Shown: in pieces, positions 9,470-17,549 of the stretch
Numbering within the stretch: the first letter of the stretch is position 1
How the letters are laid out: every line of letters starts with the position of its first letter
Source: Acidobacteriota bacterium
Lineage (GTDB): Bacteria; Acidobacteriota; UBA6911; RPQK01; JAJDTT01
NCBI GenBank assembly: GCA_965217775.1
Contig: CBDCJH010000002.1
Location: 4,256,001-4,320,000 of the forward strand
DNA length: 64,000 bases
Reading direction: 5' to 3'
The notes under the pieces: model-generated
What the model was told of the DNA's origin: nothing
The model's input: the letters and a program-made list of their open reading frames with translations, nothing else
Databases searched by the model: none
Position numbers and translations under genes: made by a program

Positions 9470-10420
9470 TCAGTCGCTCCGGCGGCCCCTCCTTCTCTTC
9501 TCCCGCTCCTTGTCCGCTTCCCGTGACGCTTTGGCGTCCCGCTCCTCCTGCTTCTTCAACCGCTTGCGCATCTTCTCTTCCCACTTGGCCTTCTTCTTCT
9601 CGTCGATGGCCGGCTCCAGGAATTGGGTTTCGGGAATCTGCGAGTTGTAGGCCAGATCTTCGATGAAGAGCTGCTGGGAGATGTTTCCGTCCAGATAGAT
9701 GTCCGTCCGCAGGGGTGTGTGGACTCCCTGGATGGTGTGCCAGTTGTAGAACTCCCACTCCATCTTGTGGCGCAACCCGGTGTCGTCCGTGTATTCGTTC
9801 TCCACCTTTTCGGGGAGGTGGCTGGTCAGGTTGAAGAAGACCACCACCGAGTTGTTGGAGGCGTCCAGAAACTCCACGGCCTCGAACTCTCCCTGGCCCG
9901 CGATGTCGTCGGGTCCGTAGTAGTAAAGGCTCATTCCGTCCTCGTCGAGGCGCTGCTTGATGAGGAAGTTGAGGTCCTTCCGAACCGCCTTCATCCACGA
10001 GTCCAATTCCTTGTCAGGGATCTCCTCGACTTCGAACTCGCCCTCCAGCGTCCAACCCTTGTTCAACTCCAGGTTGTGAACGGCGACGTGCTGCTCCTTC
10101 TCGTTCTTCCCCCGCTCGAAACGGGACTTGACGGGATCGTAGACGGTCCAGTCCCGAAAACGGGTGAATCCCTTCCTGCCCTTCCGGAAGAAGAAGAACC
10201 GGCCGGAGGAATGGGAGTTCCGGACCTTCAGGTAGGCATCGCCGCCCATGGCCGTCACCGCCGCGTCGATCACCTTCCTGGCCTTCTCCTCACCCGTATC
10301 CTTGGCCAGTGACGGAAAGACAAGAGTCGTTGCCAGAATCCCGGTCCCGACGATGAACCAACCGCGCCATCGACATGATCCCCGCAATCTCTCCACCATA
10401 ATTGCTCCTCTAACAGCCAA
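9470..10420 (-). CDS. Exported protein, possibly LolA-like fold
   Basis: Signal peptide, IDAAVTAMGG, YNWHTIQGVHTP, NSQIPETQF, charged tail; start uncertain. Confidence 0.65.
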   Translation of the reverse strand: MAVRGAIMVERLRGSCRWRGWFIVGTGILATTLVFPSLAKDTGEEKARKVIDAAVTAMGGDAYLKVRNSHSSGRFFFFRKGRKGFTRFRDWTVYDPVKSRFERGKNEKEQHVAVHNLELNKGWTLEGEFEVEEIPDKELDSWMKAVRKDLNFLIKQRLDEDGMSLYYYGPDDIAGQGEFEAVEFLDASNNSVVVFFNLTSHLPEKVENEYTDDTGLRHKMEWEFYNWHTIQGVHTPLRTDIYLDGNISQQLFIEDLAYNSQIPETQFLEPAIDEKKKAKWEEKMRKRLKKQEERDAKASREADKEREKRRRGRRSD

Positions 10421-11426
10421 TGTAGCGAGCGTAGATGGCTCGGGCCTCCGTCTCGTCCTCAGTTCCCCGGATGATGGCCCTTCCGTCGCGGAACAGAGCC
10501 AGCTCGTAACCGTTGACCTCTACCTTCATCATATAGTCGTTCAAGCTCACCTTGCCACTGGGCCGGAGCCGCCGGGCCACTTGAGGCAAGTCCATCCGGG
10601 AGTCTTCGCCCGGCTGGACCTGGACCGCGTTCCGGCCGCAGAGTCGGACCGTATGCCGCCGCTCCATTCCTTCCAGAAAGCGCAGTTGGAGAACCCCGCA
10701 GCAGGGACAATCGGGATCGCGAGCGCCCTCCAGCGAGACCAGCTTCATACGGTTTTCCCAGACGTCCACCTTCAGCATGGTGGAGGCGGGTTCGGCGCCC
10801 ACCAGAATCTTCAGAACCTGAGCCACCTGGTAGGAGGCCACGACATGGACCACCGGCGCCAGGATGCCGCTGGTGTCACAGGTCTCGGCGCTGCCGGGCG
10901 CCGGCGCCTGCGGAAAGAGGCACTGCAGGCAGGGAGTGACTTTGGGGCGGAACGCGAACGCGGTCCCGTAGCTGCCGACGCATGCACCATAGATCCAGGT
11001 CCGGCCGGTTCGGAGGGAGTAGTCGTTCAACAGGTAACGGGTTTCGAAGTTGTCGGTGCCGTCCAGGATGAGATCGCTCCCGCCACAGAGAGTCTCGACG
11101 TTGCGATGGGTCAGGTCCTCGACCACGCCGTCGACCCGGACCTGGGAGTTCATGGCGCCGAGAATCGACTCGGCCGCCACCGCCTTGGGCAGGGACGAGC
11201 GGGCATGGTCTTCCGTGAATAGGCACTGGCGCTGCAAATTGCTCTCTTCCACGAAATCGCGGTCGATCAGGCGCAAGGAGCCGATCCCGGCCCGGACCAA
11301 CTGCTCCGCGGCCACGCTGCCCAGGGCCCCGCAGCCGACGATCACCACCCTTGACCTGCCCAGACGTTCCTGCCCTTCGGCGCCGATGGGAGGGAAAAGG
11401 ATCTGACGCGAATAGCGCTGGTTCAC
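10410..11426 (-). CDS. ThiF/MoeB family adenylyltransferase
   Basis: RYSRQ, GCGALG, DRDFVEESNLQRQ, DGTDNF, two CxxC motifs, LCGRNAVQ. Confidence 0.92.
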   Translation of the reverse strand: MNQRYSRQILFPPIGAEGQERLGRSRVVIVGCGALGSVAAEQLVRAGIGSLRLIDRDFVEESNLQRQCLFTEDHARSSLPKAVAAESILGAMNSQVRVDGVVEDLTHRNVETLCGGSDLILDGTDNFETRYLLNDYSLRTGRTWIYGACVGSYGTAFAFRPKVTPCLQCLFPQAPAPGSAETCDTSGILAPVVHVVASYQVAQVLKILVGAEPASTMLKVDVWENRMKLVSLEGARDPDCPCCGVLQLRFLEGMERRHTVRLCGRNAVQVQPGEDSRMDLPQVARRLRPSGKVSLNDYMMKVEVNGYELALFRDGRAIIRGTEDETEARAIYARYIGC

Positions 11427-11449
11427 GATTGGGTCCCGGAATCGCCGGA

Positions 11450-12190
11450 TCAATGCTCCACGGGAATGTTTTTCAGCAGTCCGGCGTCGTGCATGGCATT
11501 CCACTCATCCAGAAAGGTCTGGTTCCAAGTCTCCGTCAGCGGATGTTTCATCATCTCCTGGAATATGGTCCAGAAGATGATGATGCCGTCGGCGCCGTCC
11601 CGGAGCGCCCGGTAGGCCGTGTCGACGGAGCGGACCAGGGCGGCGGTCACGAAGGGCCGGTGCTCCCATCCCCGGAACATGGCCACGCACTCCCGGACCA
11701 GTTGGGTGGGGTCGCCTCCCACTTCCTTGACCGGCTCGCAGAAGGGGAGGATGTGGGTGGCTCCGGCCTGCGCCACGGCCGCCGCCTGGGTCAGGGAGAA
11801 GACGGTGGTGCAGAAGGTCTCGACGCCCTGGCGCTTCAGCTCCCGGAAGGCGCCCAGGCCATGGACCGTGCAGGGGATCTTGAGGATGATCCGATCCGAC
11901 AGACGGGTGAAGACCTCCCCCACCCGAAGCAGTTCTTCAGTGGAATGGCCGTCGATCTCTATCACTACCGGTTTGTCGGTGATGTCCAGGTAGCGCTGGG
12001 CGACGTCCAGGATCTGCCCATATTTCCGGACCATCTGGTTGAGGACCACCGTGTTGGTGACGATGCCCGCCGTTCCCAGGGGCAACCACTTTTCCAAGTC
12101 CGCCGGATCGCCGGCCAACCAGATGGCGGGGCCGGTTCCCGTGGATCTCGCTTCAGTACATGGTCCTCGAGTGTTGTTCTCTTGTGTCAC
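11450..12190 (-). CDS. Transaldolase/fructose-6-phosphate aldolase family protein (atypical)
   Basis: ILKIPCT Schiff-base Lys, TTVFSLTQA..AQAGA, HPLT; AGGAG ribosome-binding site. Confidence 0.8.
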   Translation of the reverse strand: MTQENNTRGPCTEARSTGTGPAIWLAGDPADLEKWLPLGTAGIVTNTVVLNQMVRKYGQILDVAQRYLDITDKPVVIEIDGHSTEELLRVGEVFTRLSDRIILKIPCTVHGLGAFRELKRQGVETFCTTVFSLTQAAAVAQAGATHILPFCEPVKEVGGDPTQLVRECVAMFRGWEHRPFVTAALVRSVDTAYRALRDGADGIIIFWTIFQEMMKHPLTETWNQTFLDEWNAMHDAGLLKNIPVEH

Positions 12191-12220
12191 GTCATGCTCC
12201 TGAGAAATTCAAAGTCTTAA

Positions 12221-12378
12221 CAGTCCGTGGTGAAAGTCCCGCGAGCACCGAGACCGTTCCTGCGCCCGCCGGACAAGGCGCGATTCGGGTGCATACCGGG
12301 AGTATGTGAGCCGATAGCAACGCCGTCCGCCGGGATGCAGGGACGGTCGAATGCCGTGATGACTTTTGCCACGGGCTG
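12221..12378 (-). mobile_element. MITE family A, copy 2 (inverted)
   Basis: 158 bp, terminal inverted repeats, TTAA on both sides. Confidence 0.88.
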
Positions 12379-12479
12379 TTAACTGCGGGCGGCCGTCTCA
12401 CCCCGGAGGGCGCGATGGGGGGCGGCTTTCTAGTCATCCGTCGCTTCTGTACGCCATTTGTTTCTCCGGAGTCCGGCGG

Positions 12480-13790
12480 TTAGGAAACCGCCGCTCCCCA
12501 GGGGCCCCGGTACTCCTTGGTGAGGAGCCGGTTCGCCTCGGGGTGGTTGGTGATGGTCTCGGCCTCCGGATCGAACTCCAGCACCTTGCCCGTGCGGTAG
12601 GCGACCTCGCCCAGGTGGACCAGGGCGCAGGACCGGTGCAACTGAAGGGCCGGCGCCAACGGTTGGTTCCGGGTCCGGACGCAGTCCAGGAAGTTGGACA
12701 GGTGCGCGCCCTTTCCCCGGTCGCGGACGGCTTCCCCGACTCCCATGGAAGGGCCCTTCTCTTCCTTTCTTCCCAGATAGACCTGGAAGAAGCCCCGGCG
12801 GGAGAAGACCATGAATCCCTCGGTCCCGTAGAAGGCATTGCCGCTGTCGACGCCGTAACGCCCGTAGGGGGTCCAGGCCCGGTCCTCGTAGATGAGCACC
12901 TTTCCCTCGGCAAAGTGGTAGGCCACCATCATGTTGTCGGGAAACTCCCGTTCCACGCCATCCAGGTGAACCCGGCTCCCGTGCGCCGTGATCCGCACCG
13001 GATGGGTCTCGGGAGCGAGGCCGAAATGGGCCATGTCCAGGTCGTGAATGCCGTCTCCCCCGATGTCCCCGTTCCCGTAGTCGCGGTACCAGTTCCAGTT
13101 GCCGTGAAAGCGGTTGGGATTGAAGGGCCGCTTGGGAGCCGGACCCAGCCACATGTCGTAGTCGACTCCCGGCGGGACCGGAGCGTCCGGCACCGGCTTC
13201 CGGTGGTTGTGCCGCTGCAGGTTCCAGGCCTTGGACATTTTGACGTCGCCGATGACTCCCGCATCCAGGAGTTCCCGGGCCTTGGCCGTGACCCGGCTGG
13301 AGCGCATCTGGGTGCCATGCTGGACGATGCGACCGGTCTCCTCCACCGTATCCACCAGGACGCGTCCTTCCCGAAAGACGTGGGAACCTGGCTTCTCCAG
13401 GTAGACGTCCTTGCCGGCGCGAAGGGCCCGGACCGCCATGGGGACGTGCCAGTGATGCGGCGTGGCGATCACTACGGCGTCAATGGAGGAGTCGTCCAGG
13501 ACGTGCCGGAAGTCCTTGACCATCTTGGGCCGCTGTCCGGTGGCGTCGTGAACCTTCTTGGACTCCCGCTCCAACATGCTCTGGTCCACGTCGCAAAGGG
13601 AGGCGCAGACGGCATCCGGAACCTCCACGAGACGGCTCACGTGGACGCGGCCCATGCCCCGAAGACCGATGACGGCCACCATGACCCGGTCGTTGGCCGA
13701 GACCCGGCGGGACCTTGCCGCCAGGGAGGAGACGGCGGCCGCCCCCGCTACTGACACGTTCATGAATTCCCGGCGGGTGACGTTCCTCAT
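12480..13790 (-). CDS. Gfo/Idh/MocA oxidoreductase, Tat-exported
   Basis: TRREFM Tat motif, GLRGMG, ATPHHWH, DVYLEKP, GTQMRS, WLGPAP. Confidence 0.92.
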   Translation of the reverse strand: MRNVTRREFMNVSVAGAAAVSSLAARSRRVSANDRVMVAVIGLRGMGRVHVSRLVEVPDAVCASLCDVDQSMLERESKKVHDATGQRPKMVKDFRHVLDDSSIDAVVIATPHHWHVPMAVRALRAGKDVYLEKPGSHVFREGRVLVDTVEETGRIVQHGTQMRSSRVTAKARELLDAGVIGDVKMSKAWNLQRHNHRKPVPDAPVPPGVDYDMWLGPAPKRPFNPNRFHGNWNWYRDYGNGDIGGDGIHDLDMAHFGLAPETHPVRITAHGSRVHLDGVEREFPDNMMVAYHFAEGKVLIYEDRAWTPYGRYGVDSGNAFYGTEGFMVFSRRGFFQVYLGRKEEKGPSMGVGEAVRDRGKGAHLSNFLDCVRTRNQPLAPALQLHRSCALVHLGEVAYRTGKVLEFDPEAETITNHPEANRLLTKEYRGPWGAAVS

Positions 13791-14860
13791 GCCTTCCCTT
13801 CTTTCCGGCTCGACCTGGCTCCGGCCTGGACTTTCCGGATCATGTCAGTGAGCCTCTGGTAGTTGATCCGCATGGCGTCGATCCGGGTGCCGCCCGGCGG
13901 AATGAAGTGGGTCGCCAGGGACAGGACCGCATCCGAGCGATGGTCCTGCATTCGGCGCAGAACCTCCGGGTAGTCCACGTCGCCGTCCCCCAAGGCCCGA
14001 TACTCGAACTTCAGGTTCAGACCGTCCATGACGTGGAGGTCCTTCAAGTGCAGGCCGTGCAGGTAGGGGCGAATGTTGTTGAATCCGGCCGTGGCCACGT
14101 CCCATTCGCCCGAGTTGTAGTTGTCGGCGGGGCCCCACATGACCTTCAGCCGGGAGGAGCCCACGGCCTCCGCCATGCGGCGGAAGTTGCCGGTGGTGTT
14201 GGTGTAGTTCCAGGGCATCATGGAGAGCGCCACGTCCACGCCGTGCCTCTCGGCCGCTTCCGCCACCAGCGTGAAGGCGGCCACCAGCTTCTCCATGTCG
14301 ACCTTGGCGATGTATCCGCCCCGGGTCAGCCAACGCATGGGCCAGGTCGGCTTGCCCGCCTTGTATTCTCCGGGCCAGGCAAAGGTGAAGGATCCCACGG
14401 CGCCGACGCCGATCCGGGAGGCGATCTCCATGCAGCGTTCCAGGTCCGCCAGGTCGGTCCGAAAGCCCTCGTGTTCGGTGAGCTTGTCCTTTTTCAGGTC
14501 GGTCAGGTGGATGTGCTTGAAGGAGGAGCCGGCGCTCAGCAGGAAGATCTCCAGGCCGTGCCGCTGCACCCTCTGCGCCATACGGTCCGCCTCGGCGTCG
14601 CTCAACCGGGCGATCTCGGCCTCTTCATGGAGCTTGTGGAACCAGACCGACTCGACTCCGATCTCCTTGGCCGTGGCCAGCGCCTGGTCGAAGGGAAGCT
14701 GGAGTTCCGGCAGGAACATCCCCAGCTTGAACCGGTACCGGTCCATTTCCGCCGGCGGACCCGGCGCCGGCCGGGCTTCCCCGGTGGACGAGGTCAACCC
14801 ATAGGCCGCAACTCCGCCCAGAGCGCTGCCGGCGTTTCGAAAAAACTTCCTTCTCTTCAT
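13787..14860 (-). CDS. Sugar phosphate isomerase/epimerase (TIM barrel), Tat-like signal
   Basis: MKRRKFF, LHLKD, LGDGDVDY; GAGGAGG ribosome-binding site; overlaps the next gene by ATGA. Confidence 0.8.
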   Translation of the reverse strand: MKRRKFFRNAGSALGGVAAYGLTSSTGEARPAPGPPAEMDRYRFKLGMFLPELQLPFDQALATAKEIGVESVWFHKLHEEAEIARLSDAEADRMAQRVQRHGLEIFLLSAGSSFKHIHLTDLKKDKLTEHEGFRTDLADLERCMEIASRIGVGAVGSFTFAWPGEYKAGKPTWPMRWLTRGGYIAKVDMEKLVAAFTLVAEAAERHGVDVALSMMPWNYTNTTGNFRRMAEAVGSSRLKVMWGPADNYNSGEWDVATAGFNNIRPYLHGLHLKDLHVMDGLNLKFEYRALGDGDVDYPEVLRRMQDHRSDAVLSLATHFIPPGGTRIDAMRINYQRLTDMIRKVQAGARSSRKEGKA

Positions 14861-14957
14861 CCGATGCCTCCTCGCTTTCGGCGCCAAGCCCACTTCGGTG
14901 TCCGACACTTCACCGGAAACCTGCGAAACGAGTCGCCACGGACCTCCAATCTTCATT

Positions 14958-15914
14958 TCAGGAGATGTTCGCCGCCCGTCCGGGATTCCGGATCAGGATG
15001 GCGTCCAACGCATCCTGTCCGACCCTCTCCCGCTGCAGTCGCGGAAGAAAATCGCTCCAGAAGAAATCGTAACCCCTCCCGCCGTTGGCCCGCAGGTGGG
15101 TAAGACGGCAGGTATCGGTGGCCACCAGCAACTGGTCCTGGTACCCCAACCGGACCAGCGAGGCCAGACGGCGGGCCCGGATCTCATCGGTCGGGCAACC
15201 GGGCCACTCATCGACCCAGCCGATGAGATCGAACTCCACGTAGGCGCCCCGCTCCAGCATGGGCAGGTAGTACTCCAGGTCCTTTTTCTCAGCGTCGTGG
15301 TAGTGGGCGTCGCAGTGTCCGATGACCACCCTGGAGAGATCGGCTCCCGCAGCCTCCAACACGTTCAGTTGGGCGTGGCCGGCCCGGCCCAGGCAGGCAT
15401 GGGTGGAGATGAGCGCGCCCGTCCGCTTCTGGGCCCTGGCGGCCGCCTGAAACACCCGGGTCTCGCCTTCCGTCAGGCGGTATCCGGCGAAATCAGGTTC
15501 AGGCCGGTTGTGGCTCCCGATCTCGCCGATGAAGCCGGCGGGGATACCCGCCCCGCCTTCCTCGATCTCCCGAACGAAGAAGTCCTCGATCTGATCGACA
15601 CTGGCCGTGTGCAACCACCGGGGATAACTGTCTTCCTGGTAGAAGGCGATGCCCCGAACGATGTGTACGCCGGACCCTTCGCTGATCCGGCGCAAGGCCA
15701 CGGCGTCTCCCTCCAGGTCCACCGGGGTCACCTCCAGAATGCCCTGGCCGCCGGCTGCCGTGAACGAACCCAGTTCGCGGACGATCAACTCCCAGTCCGT
15801 CATGGCGTTGTCGAGATTGCCGGAGTGGCGGGCGATATTGCAGTAGAGGTGCTCGTGGGCCAGGGTGGGTCCGATCTGATCTTCCTGGATTTCGCCGAGG
15901 ACGGTGCGGATCAT
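14958..15914 (-). CDS. Phosphotriesterase-related protein (amidohydrolase)
   Basis: IRTVLG, LAHEHL, GFIGEIG, ISTH, VIGHCD, ATD. Confidence 0.9.
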   Translation of the reverse strand: MIRTVLGEIQEDQIGPTLAHEHLYCNIARHSGNLDNAMTDWELIVRELGSFTAAGGQGILEVTPVDLEGDAVALRRISEGSGVHIVRGIAFYQEDSYPRWLHTASVDQIEDFFVREIEEGGAGIPAGFIGEIGSHNRPEPDFAGYRLTEGETRVFQAAARAQKRTGALISTHACLGRAGHAQLNVLEAAGADLSRVVIGHCDAHYHDAEKKDLEYYLPMLERGAYVEFDLIGWVDEWPGCPTDEIRARRLASLVRLGYQDQLLVATDTCRLTHLRANGGRGYDFFWSDFLPRLQRERVGQDALDAILIRNPGRAANIS

Positions 15915-15948
15915 CGTTCACTCGAACTCAAATGGAGGCCGGCTGCGG

Positions 15949-17052
15949 TCAGATTCGCTCCAGATGGGGGTCGACCTCGATCACGGGCCTGGAGAGGATT
16001 CGGGAAAAGATCAGCGCCAGAACCAGCACCAGCGCGACTCCGAACACCGCAATATAGATGAACCAGCGGTTCAGGTTCCGGAAGGGCGAAAAAACCTCTT
16101 CGTAAGGCTCCTGTACCACCAGGATCCAGTCCAACTCCGGCATCCGATCCTTGAGGCGAAACTGCGGCAACCCCAGAAAGACGCGGCGCTCCTCCGCCGG
16201 CAATGCCAGGACCTCGGTCGCCTCGACGTAGCGCCGGCCTGAGTCGCCCAGGGAGACAGGCTCGTCGAATCGATAGCGAACCGTCCTCTCGGGCCCCAGA
16301 ATTCCCGTGCCGTCCGAGGCGATGAGCACGGCTTCCGAAGTCGGCCCCAGCCGGGTCGAAGCCACCACGGCAGAGATCTCGTGTGCATCCGCGATCGCCT
16401 TGATCACTCCAATGACCTGGTTCGAGGCGGGATCTCGAATCGGATAGGCAATCTCCATGCCATAGACGTTGGCGCTCTCATCGAACTGGATGTCTCCGTA
16501 GAAGCTGTTGCCCTGACCCTCCTGATAAGCGTATTGCCACCACCGCTCGTCGGCCTGGAAGTAGTCGCTCGTCTTGTTGCTGGCCGCGACCAGACGCCCC
16601 ATCGCATCCGTGACCAGGATCTCCCGGAAATCGGCGGTGATGTTGTTGAACTTGCGTACGAATCGGGACGCCTCGTTGTTCAGGATCCCGGACTGCAACC
16701 GGGAGTCTTCCGGGTCCTGGGTCAGCCAATCGTCTTCCCTCTCCTCCACTTGGCTGTCGAGCTCCGTCCCTTCCAGCCGGTTCCGGTTGGACTCGGACAC
16801 GGCGTCCAGAATCTGGGACACCCGGGTCAGATTGCCCACTTCGTTGCTGATCCGTTCCACGTAGTTCAAGAGCTGGGTCTGAGCACTGTCGGCCGCTTCG
16901 CTGAAGTGGTTGGCCACCACGTCGGTGTAGGTCGTCCGGGCTCCATTGATAAGGACCACGTGCCCGATCACCAAGGGTGGAATCCCCAACAGCAGAAAGA
17001 GAATCAGAATTCTTGGCCGGATACGTATCTTGGGTTCGGTCTGCTCCGCCAT
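15949..17052 (-). CDS. Two-TM membrane protein with periplasmic dCache domain and no output domain
   Basis: TM1, EILVTDAMGRLVAAS..TSDYFQADERWW, AYPI..VIGVI, TM2, stop about 15 aa later; GGAGGTG ribosome-binding site. Confidence 0.8.
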   Translation of the reverse strand: MAEQTEPKIRIRPRILILFLLLGIPPLVIGHVVLINGARTTYTDVVANHFSEAADSAQTQLLNYVERISNEVGNLTRVSQILDAVSESNRNRLEGTELDSQVEEREDDWLTQDPEDSRLQSGILNNEASRFVRKFNNITADFREILVTDAMGRLVAASNKTSDYFQADERWWQYAYQEGQGNSFYGDIQFDESANVYGMEIAYPIRDPASNQVIGVIKAIADAHEISAVVASTRLGPTSEAVLIASDGTGILGPERTVRYRFDEPVSLGDSGRRYVEATEVLALPAEERRVFLGLPQFRLKDRMPELDWILVVQEPYEEVFSPFRNLNRWFIYIAVFGVALVLVLALIFSRILSRPVIEVDPHLERI

Positions 17053-17113
17053 GGGGCCCACCTCCGGTTTCTGTATGACGCGGCAGGACTTCCACCACGA
17101 ACTGCTGAGACTC

Positions 17114-17142
17114 ATTTTACTCCTCGGGGTGAACCGGATCAA
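17114..17142 (-). promoter_or_regulatory. Sigma-70-type promoter of the Cache gene
   Basis: TTGATC-N17-TAAAAT. Confidence 0.6.
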
Positions 17143-17211
17143 TGGAGGGAGGGTCCCCGGCAAGGCGATATTAGGCTGAATCGAGCGCCCGAAGACTGCC
17201 AGAGAATTTCT

Positions 17212-17242
17212 TGTTGAAAATGAATTTCAACATCGGTAGTAT
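17212..17242 (+). promoter_or_regulatory. Promoter overlapped by a Fur-like palindrome
   Basis: TGTTGAAA-ATGAA-TTTCAACA inverted repeat over TTGAAA-N17-TAGTAT. Confidence 0.7.
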
Positions 17243-17549
17243 TCGTTCCGCAGTCCCAGGATTCGGCCAGAGTCCTGGAAAGAATGAAGGAGGCAGCCAA
17301 GAGAAATAGGTGAAGGGGCTTGACGCAAGAGCCGGGTCGCACGTGAGTTTCCGCTCCCCGACGACCCGGACTCCTGCTCGCCATACAGCCGCGAGAGAGA
17401 CTCGGGCGACCGTTTGACCCTTTGATTCTACCATTACCGGTAGAGTCCGACGACGCCAGACGGCGCGCCCGATCTCCCTCCGGCTCTCCGTCGCCGGGAA
17501 GCCCCCCGGCGGCAAACCGAATAACGGCACCGTTATGAAGGAGAGCACC

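Noticed and set aside
17245-17549. Cobalamin riboswitch before the TonB receptor
   Set aside because: Conserved elements (AGGGAA..GGTG, CCCGCAACTGT, AGYCAG) were not found.
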